A stretch of DNA of 64,000 bases from Malacoraja senta (taxonomy: Eukaryota), in the NCBI GenBank assembly GCA_038087875.1, contig JAXLNO010000230.1:186001-250000 (forward strand). The letters are read 5' to 3'. Made by a program: the position numbers and the translations under genes. The notes below the pieces were generated by a model that did not search any database, was not told where the DNA came from, and saw only the letters and a program-made list of their open reading frames with translations. Below, piece after piece: positions 1 through 11,485 of the stretch (position 1 is its first letter; each line of letters begins with the position of its first letter).

Positions 1-649
1 ATAATTTACTACTTATGGCATAAAAGATGCAGCGCATTTTCATCAGTTCCATTCCCCCTTATCTTTACCTTCAACTTATTTTCTCTCGCATGTCCCTCAA
101 CTTCCCTCAGATTCTTGCTTTTGCCAAATGCGTCTCAGACTAATTTATAGTAAGCTGTTATCCTTCCAGCATATTGATTTAGGAGGCAACGGGAGGACCC
201 ATGGAAAACCCGCACAATCACAGAAAACATGGCTAGTTAGCACCATCTTAAGCAGTGCCTAAGGTCATGATTGATCCTGGGTTGCTTCCTTTGTGCTGCC
301 CATGGCAAGGATTTGTTATCTTCTAAATTGTACAATCTAAAAGCAGAGCACCCAGCATGCGTTTCAGGTACTGATGGATTTGTTTTTTGTTTTCTTTGTT
401 TCTAGTGCATACATCAGAAGTAATCCATTTTGTGGCTGTGTAGAACAAAGAACATAGGAGTAGCATTTCTGGTACAAACCAAGGTCTTGCCCTTCTGAAA
501 ACAAACCTAATTAGGAAGCCTAGACCATGGGATCAAAAAAGAGGGACATTTATGCACAATGCCAGGCTTTGTTTCTGTTGTTTCCTATTAGGTTTCCTGT
601 GTAAGTTATTGATATTTTTTTAATCATTGGCAAGTTGTGTGTTTGAGTG

Positions 650-1385
650 CTAACTAGTAAAATCGTACTATACATGAGCATAATCAAACCCTATACAAGT
701 ACAACAGGTAGTGCAAAGAGAAACAAATCCAATGCAGAATATAGTGTTATAGCTTTATAGTGTTACAAAAGTGCAGATAAACAAACGTCTGAGGTCCCCA
801 GTGAGGTAGGTTGGGAGTTCAGGACTACACCCTAGCTTATGAGAGGACTGTTCAATAGTCTGCTAATAGTGTGAAAGAAACGGTTCCAGAATCTGGTGGA
901 ATGTTCTTTCAAGCTTTCGTATCTTCTGCCCAACAGAAGAGGGGTGAAGAGGGAATGACTGGGATGAAAATAGTCTTTGATTATGTTGGCTGCTTTTCCA
1001 AGGCAGCATGAAGCATGGAGTTAATGGGGGAAGGAGGTGAGTTCATGTGGTACACTGAGCTACACCACAACTCAGCAATTTCTTACTGTCTTAGGCAGAG
1101 CTGTTGTCAAACTAGGCTGTGATATATCCCAATAGGATGCTTTCTACAGTGCATCTGTAAAAGTTGGTTAGAGTCATTGGAAACATGCAAATTTCCTTAA
1201 TCTTCTGAACAATTAGAGATGTTGGTATGCTTTCTTCATCATAACTTAAATGGGTTTGGCTCACAAATTGTTGGTGATATTTCGCCTAGGAACTTAAAGC
1301 TTTCGAGTATTTCCACTTCAGCACCATTGATACTGACTGGGGAATGTACACCTCGTTTTCTGAAGTGAATAATTAGCTTTTTAGC
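650..1385 (-). mobile_element. Degenerate Rex1/Babar LINE 3' fragment
   Basis: Collinear with the better-preserved Rex1 copy at 4938-6385, e.g. GATGCTTTCTACAGTGCATCTGTAAAAGTT vs CATGCTCTCTACTGTGCACCTGTAGAAGTT. Confidence 0.6.
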
Positions 1386-1509
1386 AAGTTATACAGAATA
1401 AATATGATATTGCTTATCATTTTCCTTCTGGCTACACTGTGCATTTTGGGGAGGGTGAACAGATCTGTTTAATATTTCAACATTTAACAAATATTTAATA
1501 TTATGCTTA

Positions 1510-2190
1510 CCTTGAAAGTGGCATCACAGGTAGATAAGGTGGTCAAAAAGGCTTTTGGTACATTGGCCTTCATCAATCAGAGTATTCATCAACTGAGTAA
1601 AGAAGTTGGTAGGTCATATAAAATGTCGGTGAGGCCGCATTTAGAGTAATTTGCTCAGTTCTGGGCACCATGTCAGGAAAGATATTGTCAAGCTGGAAAG
1701 GGTGCAGAGAAGATTTACGAGAATGTTGCCAGGACACGAGGGCCTGAGCTATCGGGAGGGGTTGAGCAGGCTAGGACTCTATTCCTTGGGGCGCAGAAGG
1801 ATGAGTGGTGATCTTATGGAGGTGTACATAATCATGAGGGGAATAGATCGGGTAGACGCACAGTCTCTTGCCTAGAGTAGGGTAATCAAGAACCATAGGT
1901 TTAAAGTAACGGGAAAGATTTAATACAAACCTAAGGGGTAACATTTTCGCATAAAGGGTGGTAGGTGTATGGAATGAACTGCTGGAGGAGGTAGTTGAGT
2001 AAGGTACTGACTGGGGAATGTACACCTGTAGTTGTTTAAGAAGCACTTAGACAGGTACATGGATAGGATAGGTTTAGAGGGATATGGCCAAACGCAGACA
2101 AGTGGTACTAGTGCAGATGCGACATGATGGTCGGTGTGGGCAAGTTGGGCCGAAGGACCCGTTTCCACATGTATGACTCTGACTGTATAA
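1510..2190 (+). mobile_element. CR1-clade LINE 3' fragment
   Basis: ORF remnant KDIVKLERVQRRFTRMLPG...LSYRE.L.RLGLYSL, typical of the CR1 ORF2 C-terminus, followed by 3' UTR. Confidence 0.85.
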
Positions 2191-2665
2191 CTCCATAACA
2201 CCAATATCCAGGTTCTGTACATTACCTATCTCTTAGATTAGTTTGCTTCTAATAATATTTGCATGAACTCACAGATAAACATTCGTAATAAACACTAGTT
2301 GAATAGCACCTGTTGTGCTGCGGCAAATAAGAAATTAATTGTTCCGTTTGACAATTGAACAATGCGTATGACAATTAAACACTCTTGACTCTTGAATAGC
2401 GATTAATATTTTTCCATACCATTTGGAAACAAGCATTTTATGTAATAGCTGCAATAGTTTTGATCAGGGCAAGTGCAGCAGCAGAATCTTTGAAACACTA
2501 AGGTCTATCAGTACAGTATAGTAAAATTATTTTTCAGTTCATAAATCTTAGAAATTTTGATTCTAAATATGGTGGGCAAAAGGAAGCAATGAGGTTGGAG
2601 CAAATTAAACATTTTAAACTCGTAGAAAGCTGAAAGAGAAAACTACTGTTACATTTTAAGGAACA

Positions 2666-3179
2666 TTTTAAGGTGCGACAGAGGTTCACCTGCACCTCCT
2701 CCAACCTCATCTATTGCATCCGCTGCTCTAGATGTCAGCTGATCTACATCGGTGAGACCAAGCGTAGGCTTGGCAATCGTTTCGCCGAACACCTCCGCTC
2801 GGTCCGCATTAACCAACCTGATCTCCCTGTGGCTCAGCACTTCAACTCCCCCTCCCATTCCGAATCCGACCTTTCTGTCCTGGCCAGAGTGAGCATCACC
2901 GGAAATTGGAGGAGCAGCACCTTATATTCCGCTTGGGCAGTCTGCACCCAGCGGCTTGAACATTGACCTCTCCAATTTCCGGTAGCCCTTGCTGTCTCCT
3001 CCCCTTCCCAGCTCTCCCTCAGCCCTCTGGCTCCTCCTCTTCCTTTCTTTCCCCCCCCCCCCCCCCCCCCGCACCCTGCATCAGTCTGAAGAAGGGTTTT
3101 TGGCCCGAAACGTTGCCTATTTCCTTCGCTCCATAGATGCTGCTGCACCTGCTGAGTTTCTCCAGCACTTTTGTCTACC
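2666..3179 (+). mobile_element. Penelope-like element 3' fragment (GIY-YIG endonuclease plus terminal repeat)
   Basis: FTCTSSNLIYCIRCSRCQLIYIGETKRRLGNRFAEH...PVAQHFN is the Penelope GIY-YIG domain. TSD TTAAGGAACA at 2656-2665 and 3180-3189. Confidence 0.9.
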
Positions 3180-3454
3180 TTAAGGAACAATAATCCAACT
3201 AAATTCGGGTTTCTTTATCTTGCACAAGAATAAAAAGCCTGTTAAATATCCAGTTGTGTATACTTTGTCCTAGAAAAAATGTAGTTTATGATCAAGATGA
3301 ACGTTTAAGTGGGGAAGTATTACAAATGCCCCTTGACATTTTCCAAAGTGATTCATGTTCATATTAGAACAATTGCTTAAGTTCCCTGCTGTAAGCCCTC
3401 AGCTACAAATCATGCAAGTTTTGGCTGTTTTTCTTCTGGTATTTGGTACTGCTT

Positions 3455-4400
3455 TGGTTTATTAATGTCATGCACCAAAATACATGGGAACAACTTTGTT
3501 TTGCATGATATCCAGGCAAAAAAATGCTATACATGATCAGGAATTCATCCCTAGCACATGAGAGGTCCATTCATAACTCAGATAATAGCAGGAAAAAAGC
3601 TGTTCTTGAATCTGGTGCTATGTGCTTTCAAGCTTTTGTACCTTCCGCCCAACAGGTGAGGGGAGGAAAGAGAATGACTGAGGTATTGGTTCTGGATAAT
3701 GTTGGTTACTTTCCCAAGGCCTCGTGAAGTATCGATGGGAGGAAGCTGCTTTTGTGTGATGGAGTGGGCAGCATTCAGAACTCTCAGCAAGTCTTCTGGT
3801 CTTGGGCAGAGCAGTTTCCATACCAAGCTGTGATGCATCTGGAAAGGATACTTTCTATGTTGCATCTGTGAAAAATTGTAAGAGTCATTGGTGAAATGCT
3901 GAATTGCCTCAGTCTTTTGTGGAAGTAGTGGCATTGGTGTGCTTTCTTGGCCGTAGTGTTAATGGTTGGACCAGGACCATTGATGACGAGGGTGTGCAAT
4001 CCATCTGGCTTTCAGAACTTGATGACCATCTCCTCATTACGCTGATATTCAGAGATAAATCGTTGGCTAGACACCATGCTGCTAAGCCCTTGATCTCCAT
4101 TGTTACAGATCTGGCCCACTACAGTGATGTCATCTGCAAACTTGTAAATGGAGTTAGAGCAGAATTATGCTGAACATTCAGGTGTGCATAGGGAATATAG
4201 TAAGGGGCTAATATCGCAGCCTCATGAGGTACCAGCATTGAGAATTGTTGAGAACATTTTGACATCTATCCTTACCGTTTGCAGTCTATGGGTCAGGAAG
4301 TCAAGGATCCAGGTGCAAAAGGTAGTGCTGAGCCCTAAATCCAGGAGGTTGAAGATAAGTTTGTTTGGAATTAAGGTGTTGAAGGTGCAGCTGTCATCAA
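3455..4400 (-). mobile_element. Degenerate Rex1/Babar LINE fragment
   Basis: Remnants FHRCNIESILSRCITAWYGNCS, GRRYKSLKAHSTRFKNSFFP and WCLANDLSLN. Confidence 0.8.
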
Positions 4401-4937
4401 CACTCAGCGTTGGTTTATGTTCAGCATAAGTAGTATAGCTCAGGAACAGGCCCTTCAGCTCACGATGTCTGTGCCAAATATGATACCAAGATCAAGTCTT
4501 ATCTACCTTCACATTCCCTGCATATCCGTGTGCCCATCCAAATGTTTTTTTTAATGCAACCATCATATCTGCCTCCACCACAACTTCCAGCTGCACCTTC
4601 CAGGCATCACCACCCTCTGTTTTAAACAATTCCTCACAAAATCTTCTCACTCGCTTTAAAGCTATGCCCTCTGGTATTTGATACTTCCATTCTGGGGAAA
4701 AGGTTCTGTCTGTCTACCCTATCTACATCCTCTTAATTAAAAAAAAAAAAATCAGGTCTTGCCCTCAATCTCAGGCGTTCCAGAGAAACCAATCCTTGTC
4801 TATCCTATTTCTCCCTGTAGTTAATACCCCCAGATCCTGGCATTATTCTGGTGAACCACCTGTGCAATCCTTCCAAAGCTTCCACATTCTGTAATGGGGC
4901 GACCAGAACTGCACGCAATGCTCCATATGCGGCCTAA

Positions 4938-6385
4938 CTCAAGTCAAGTCAAGAGAGTTAATTGTCATGTGTCCCAGATAGGACAATGAAATTCTAGCTT
5001 GCTGCAACACAACAGAATATTGTAAGCCTAAATACAGAACAGTTCAGTGTGTCTATATAGCATAGACCATATATATATATATATATATATATACACCAAA
5101 ATAAACTGATAAAGTGCAATAGGCTGTTATAGTTCAGATTTTATTTGATGGCGAGTTTAATAGCCTGATGGCTGTGGGGAAGAAGCTGTTCATGAACCTG
5201 GATGTACCAGATTTCAGGCTCCTGTATCTTCTACCTGATGGCAGCGGAGAGATGAGTGTGTGGCCAGGATGGTGTGGGTCCTTGATGATGTTGGCAGCCT
5301 TTTTGAGGCAGCGACTGCGATAGATCCCTTCGATGGTGGGGAGGCCAGAGCCGATGATGGACTGGGCAGTGGTCACAACTTTCTGCATTCTTTTCCCTCC
5401 TGGACACTCAAGTTGCCGAACCAAGCCACGATGCAACCAGTCAGCATGCTCTCTACTGTGCACCTGTAGAAGTTCGAGAGAGTCCTCTTTGACATGCCGA
5501 CTCTCCGTAATCTTCTCAGGAAGTGGAGGCGCTGATGTGTTTTCTTTTTAATTGCATCAGTGTGCTGGGACCAGGAAAGATCTTCGGAAATATGCAAGCC
5601 CAGGAATTTGAAGTTCTTGACCCTTTCCACCTTCGTCCCGTTGATATAAACGGGATTGTGGGTCCCTATCCTATCCCTTCCAAAGTCCACAATCAGTTCC
5701 TTGGTTTTGCTGGTGTTGAGAGCCAGGTTATTGTGCTGGCACCATTTGGTCAATCAGTCGATCTCACTTCTATACTCTGACTCGTCACCATCAGTGATTC
5801 GTCCCACGACGGTGGTGTCGTCGGCGAACTTGATGATGGAGTTCGCACTATGTCCGGCTACGCAGTCATGAGTATAGAGTGAGTAAAGCAGGGGGCTGAG
5901 CACGCAGCCTTGAGATGCTCCCGTGCTGATTGTTATTGAGGATGACACATTTCCACCAATATGGACAAACTGTGGTCTGTGGATGAGGAAGTCGAGGATC
6001 CAATTGCAGAGGGATGTGCAGAGAACCAGATCTGAGAGCTTGGTAACCAACTTGGAGGGGATGATGGTATTAAATGCCGAGCTGTAGTCAATGAATAACA
6101 GCCTGATATATGAGTTATTGTTGTCCAAGTGGTCCAGAGCAGAGTGGAGAGCCAGTGAGATTGCATCCACAGTTGATCTGTTGTGGCGGTAAGCGAACTG
6201 CAGTGGGTCGAGGTTCTTGTCGAGCGAGGAGTTGATATGCGCCATAATCAATCTCTCAAAGCAGTTCATCACCACATACGTTGGTGCCACTGGTCGATAG
6301 TCATTGAGGCGCGTCACCTTGATCTTTTTGGGCACCGGTATTATTGATGCCTTTTTAAAGCAGGTGGGAACCTCAGTCTTGCATA
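4938..6385 (-). mobile_element. Rex1/Babar LINE, 5'-truncated, RT domain with stop and frameshift
   Basis: [56 protein letters not shown]; short (TTGAC)n tail at about 4940. Confidence 0.92.
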
Positions 6386-7776
6386 TTGACTTCATTACAG
6401 TTATACTTAATGCCTCAACCAATAACACATGCATGCCATATGCTTTATTTACCACTCTATCTACTTGTGTTGCCACTTTTAGGGAGTTACTAGACTAGAC
6501 TGTGGGACCTGTTGTGTCCCTGTCACACAGGAGGCCTGGTCCCCCAACGCAAAACGTTCCCCCAATGCAATATTCCACCAATCACCCGTAGCCCCCAACC
6601 GCGCAGGCGCGGCTCATTTCCCCTCATCCCCCAGCACTCCATTCCCCTCCTCTTCTCCCTCCCTCTTCTTTCCCCTCTTCTCCTCCCCTCCCGAATCCCT
6701 CCCTCACCTCTCCCTCTCCTTTCCCCTGCCCTCAGTTACTCCCTCCCTCCCACCCTCCCTCCCTCCATAACTCCTCTCCCCTCCCTACCCTCCTCCTATC
6801 CCTTATACCCCACCTCCCCATTCATCCCCTATCCCTCCTCACCTCCCCACTGCCGTCCTCTCCCTCTATTCCACTCCCTACTTCTCCCACTACCCCCTCC
6901 TCTCCCTCTATTCCCCTTCCTCCCCCACTCTCCCATCTCACCTCCTCCCTCTTTCCCCTCTCCTACCCTCCCCAATCCCTCCCTCACCTCCTTTCCCCAA
7001 CCCTCAGTCCCTCCCTCCATCTCTCTCCTCCCTACCCCCCTCCTCTCCCTCTATCTCCCCTCCTCCCCCACGCTCCCTCCTCACCTACCGCACTTTCCCC
7101 TCCCTCTCCCTCCTTCCCCCCTCCTCTCGCTCAGTCCCCCCCACTCCCTCCCTCCTCACTTCCACAGGTTCTTGAGGTTGCGGCTCCTCTCCCTTCTTGC
7201 GTGCTCTGGAGGAGCATCAGCCATCGGCGCCCTCAGAGCCAGGCCTCGGGATCACTGGCAGGAACGACGCGGCGGGCAGGCGGGCCGAGCCGGCAGGAAG
7301 GTGGGCGCCGGCAGGGAGGAGGGCCACGCAGGCAGGTGGGCCACGCCGGCAGGAAGATGGGCGCTGGTTGGCAGGCGAGCCACGCAGGCTGGCGGGCTGC
7401 GCTGGCAGGCAGGCAGGCGGGTGGGCCACGCCAGCAGCGAGGCGAGTCGCGGCCGGTGACTGGCAGCAGAGGTTTTTAAACCTTAATAACTTTTTTAATA
7501 TACCACAGACTTGGTGCATTTGCAGCACAGGACAACAGTGAGTAAGGCTATCGCGTACCGATTTTGCGCAAGTGTAAAAACAACGCAAACCGGAAGATAA
7601 CATGATGAGAGTTTAGTTATGTACCAGACCGTTGGGTCCCATCCCCTCAACGCGCGGTTGCGGGAGGGGGGGGGCTCCGGCATCACACACTCACTAACCA
7701 CCCCCCCCCCCCCACACACACACTAACCACCTCCCACAACACACACACACTAACCATCCCCCTTGATATAATAATA

Positions 7777-9061
7777 CTAGACTAAGTGGGACCCGTTGGG
7801 TCCCATGTTCACACGGGAGGGCTGGTCCCCCGACGCAATATTCCACCTCTCCACCAATTCCAATATTGGTGGCCAGTGGGGGGGGAGGTGGGGTGGGCTT
7901 TCTGGAACGCTGGTATGGGTGTTGTTGGCTGCAGGGACTACTGGTCTCCAGAGGGCTAGTATGGACATTGTGGGCCAAATGGATTCTTGGGGTGGCAGCT
8001 CAGTCCTTCAACCTGTGGCCTTCATGGTGTGATTGACAGGAGAGAGATTCTCAACATTTTTTAAACACTAATAACACTTTTGTTTTTCATTGATGGGAAG
8101 AATCCTCTGCACCTGATGAGCGGAGGGGAACTGATTAAGATGGCCAAAAATCACAGCCGTAAGTGGTAGCGTTTTATCTAAAATCAATATAGTGCAAACA
8201 GGAAGTTGTCAAGTTTAGACAAACAACCATTTGCAGGCAGTGCCTTTTCACTTCAACCCAAACCTCCCAAACAACCATTTGCAGGTAGTGCCTTTTCACT
8301 TCAACCCAACCCCTCCAAACAACCATTTGCAGGCAGTGCCTTTTCACTTCAAACCAATCCCCCCAAACAACCATTTGCAGCCAGTGCCTTTTCACTTCCA
8401 CCCAACCGCCCCAAACAACCATTTGCAGGCAGTGCCTTTTCACTTCAACCAACCCCCCCCCAAACAACCATTTGCAGGTAGTGCCTTTTCACTTCAACCG
8501 AAACCCCCCAAACAACCATTTGCAGGCAGTGCCTTTTCACTTCAACCCAAACCCCCCAAACAACCATTTGCAGGCAGTGCCTTTTCACTTCAACCCAAAC
8601 CCTCCAAACAACCATTTGCAGGCAGTGCCTTTTCACTTCAACCCAAACCCCCCAAACAACCATTTGCAGGCAGTGCCTTTTTACTTCAACCATATTTTCA
8701 TTTTCAAACCACATTAAGGGCACTCACAGTTGAGTAGAATGTGTTCAGTGTTATTCAGAGAGACGTGACCCTCTGACTTCCTCCATCTTGCAGAGACTGA
8801 GTGAGGCACACCACTTCCTGGTTTTATAGTCCCCCCCCCCTCCCTCCAGCAGGGGCAGCAGAGAGAATGCAAATTAAAAAAAAACATTAATATCTCTCTG
8901 ATTTTTCATCGATGGGAAAAATCCTCTGGTCCAGGGAAGGCGGAGGGGGGGCTCTGAGCGAGGTGGCCAAAAATGACGTCCGTAGGGGTGGCGCCCGTTC
9001 TCTTGGAAATCACAGCACAGTGAGAGAAAAGCGGTCAAGATCAGACTTTTAGTAATATAGA
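7777..9061 (-). mobile_element. Complete non-autonomous Helitron nested in another Helitron
   Basis: Minus strand begins TCTATATTACTAAAAG and ends GGGACCCAACGGGTCCC-ACTTAGTCTAG. It sits between A and T with no TSD, matching canonical Helitron termini. Confidence 0.85.
8221..8691. repeat. 48-bp minisatellite, about 10 copies, inside the Helitron
   Basis: Unit CAAACAACCATTTGCAGGCAGTGCCTTTTCACTTCAACCCAAACCCCC; 16-aa periodicity in the ORF track. Confidence 0.95.
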
Positions 9062-9996
9062 TTATTCATTGGCTCCTTTTACCCCATCTCCACCCTATCC
9101 ACTGACGCATAGCCCCACCTCGCAGGCGCGTGTAGAGAGGGAGGGGGGAGTAGAGAGAGAGAGAGGGCAGAGAGAGGGGACAGGACAGAGGGGACAGACA
9201 GAGGGGACAGAGACAGAGGGGGCAGAGACAGAGAGAGGGGGCAGAGAGAGTGGGGCAGAGAAAGAGAGAGGGGATGGAGGGGGAGGGGGAGGGAGAGGAG
9301 GGGGGACAGGAGAGGGGGAGAGGAAAAGGGGAAGGGGGAGGGTGGAGTAGAGGGGGGTAGGAGGGGGAAGAGAGGGTGAGGGGGAGATAGGTGGTAGGGA
9401 GGTGGAGAGGGGGTGGAGGTTGGAGAGAGGGGGGAATGGGAGAGGGAGGGGGGAGTAGGAGGAGGGGTGGTAGGAGGAGGGGAAGAGTAGGAGGGGGAGA
9501 GGGGGGGAAGAGGAGGAGGGGGGCTGAATGGGGGGGAGGGGGGAGAGAGGCGGGGGGGAGAGGAGAGGCGAGGGGGGGGATAGCGTGGAAGAGATTGGGG
9601 GTAGATTCGACTGCGAGCGGGGCGGTGAACCAATGACTGCGAGTCGGGGGGGGGGGGGGGGTGAGGGGGACGTAACTTGCAGTGCGTGGAAAAAAATGCC
9701 CCGCAAGCTGCGCGTTGAAAACACTGCGCAGCGGGCTGCGAGGAGCAGAGCCATTGTGACGTCATCAGCTCGTTAGCTTTTTTAAATATTTCATTTTTGT
9801 GAACAATTTTGTGAGCAATAACTCAAGAAATAATTAATCAAATATTCAGATGAGGCGATTTTTGTGATCATGAGGTAAATCTCTATCGGAATATGTAATT
9901 AATTTCACCGTTAGCGTATCGTGTTTTCGTGAGATGTGAATCACAGGCAAACAAGACACACACACACAAATAAATACATCCACATCCTAATTATAG

Positions 9997-10089
9997 AGAT
10001 AGATAGAAGATAGAAGATAGATAGATAGATATACATATAGATAGATAGCTATAGATAGATATAGATAGATAGATAGATAGATAGATAGA
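9997..10089. repeat. (GATA)n microsatellite
   Basis: Directly visible. Confidence 0.95.
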
Positions 10090-11485
10090 CTTGGACCCCA
10101 AGAGACTTCTGTACTTCATGTGTTAAGAGTCTTGCCATTAATTTTTATATATTTCCCCTTCCATTTGACCTCCCAAAATGTAGCACTCACACGTGCTCGG
10201 ATTAAACGCCATCTACCATTTCTCTGCCCATTTCTAAAGGATTGTGCAAAGATTAAGACGTAAAAAATCATCTTTCCATTTGGGTTTTGCTTCTACATTT
10301 TAAGGTTCAGGCATTTTCCTGCATACATGGCAATTTTTTTGGCATTACATTTTCAGCCAAAAAAAATTCCAATTGTTCTTCTATGTAATTATACTAAATT
10401 TAAAACTCTAAAATTATGGATTCAAGAACGTTGTTTTGCCACCAGAGAAATAATTTTTAAAAATCCAGTATGGAAATACACATTATCTCAGGAAAGTAAC
10501 TGCTTCTCAAGAATTAACATCTTATTTTGTTAAATGCCTTTCTAAACACAGTAATTTTATATTTAAAAAGTAGTTGTTTCGGTGTACCAGGGTGATTAAT
10601 TTTAATGGTGATTGTCCTTCAAATTTAAAAATACACTGACTTTTCCAAATTGTTGATGCAGCATGTTGATTGTAGGCAAGTGGATTAAAAAAAAAACCAT
10701 CACCTCATAATCAAAAGAAGTATTTCTGTGCACCGGAGCAGAGTACACTATGGTGACACCCAGGATAATGGTACCCAGTTAGAATCGAGTAGTCATTCAT
10801 CAACGTGACTGTAGGCTATTTTTCTCAGCAGTTTTTATTTTAGCTTCTTCCTCTTCCATTATTTTCTTTCCAAATTAATGTGAAGTTCAAAGACAGTGAT
10901 TGCTGAGTTTTTGTATTCTGGTGCAGTAAACGTACAGAGTTTCATCCATGATCTACTGCATCATTCACACAAGCAAGCCTCTAAATGTATTTTTCTCTTA
11001 TTGCCTTTCACTTTTATTTTGCTCATAATATGTTCAGAGATAGCAGGCTAAAAATAGGGATAAAGGGAATGTATTTTGATTTGTAGGATGTGACAAGTAA
11101 TGTTGGTAAGAGATCTTTACTGACTTTTCAATTTTTTAATCATATATATCAATGGTCTGGTTGGAAGAATAGAGCATTGCAAAACCAAGTTTGCAGATGA
11201 CCGAATTATAAAGCACAGTAAATTGTATATAACTGGGAGCAGAAACTTGCACAAAAGTCGGTTTTGTGATGGAGTGTGAGTTAAATAGTACAGGATTCAA
11301 GAAATGACACTTGAACATTCTGGTAAATGGTACCTATATTCTGATAACATTTTGCTGCTTAAAGCTGATGCAGACAAACAAATGTAATAGAAAGGACTCA
11401 TGGACTGGTGGTCTTTATCAAAAATAAATTTGAATTCACAAGTGGGGGTGGGTCAGTTGTAACAAATCTTGGTGAGACCTAATCT

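Larger units (their letters stand above)
6495..10089 (-). mobile_element. Tandem/nested non-autonomous Helitron cluster
   Basis: Minus-strand 3' ends of hairpin + CTAG type at 6495 (GGGACACAACAGGTCCCACAGTCTAG), with a partial copy at about 7625. The 5' end merges into a (TCTA)n tract near 10000-10089. No TIR seen. Confidence 0.7.
4440..10235 (-). mobile_element. Old CR1 3' fragment split by later insertions (pieces about 4440-4937, 6390-6490, 10090-10235)
   Basis: The pieces are collinear with CR1 sequence ([13 protein letters not shown]) and resume across the Rex1 and Helitron insertions (AGGGAGTTAC...TTGGACCCCAAG). Confidence 0.7.

Noticed and set aside
2673..2966. GIY-YIG ORF as a host nuclease or homing endonuclease
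   Set aside because: Frameshifted, TSD-flanked and attached to a multicopy Penelope terminal repeat.
6512..7459. 315-aa Pro/Leu/Ser-rich ORF, and similar ORFs at 9079-9765
   Set aside because: Translation of low-complexity C/T tracts inside Helitrons; no domain or splice support.
8221..8691. Regular repeat array resembling CRISPR, and its periodic ORFs
   Set aside because: Head-to-tail 48-bp units with no unique spacers, no cas genes, and a eukaryotic intron context. The ORFs result from a stop-free unit whose length is divisible by 3.
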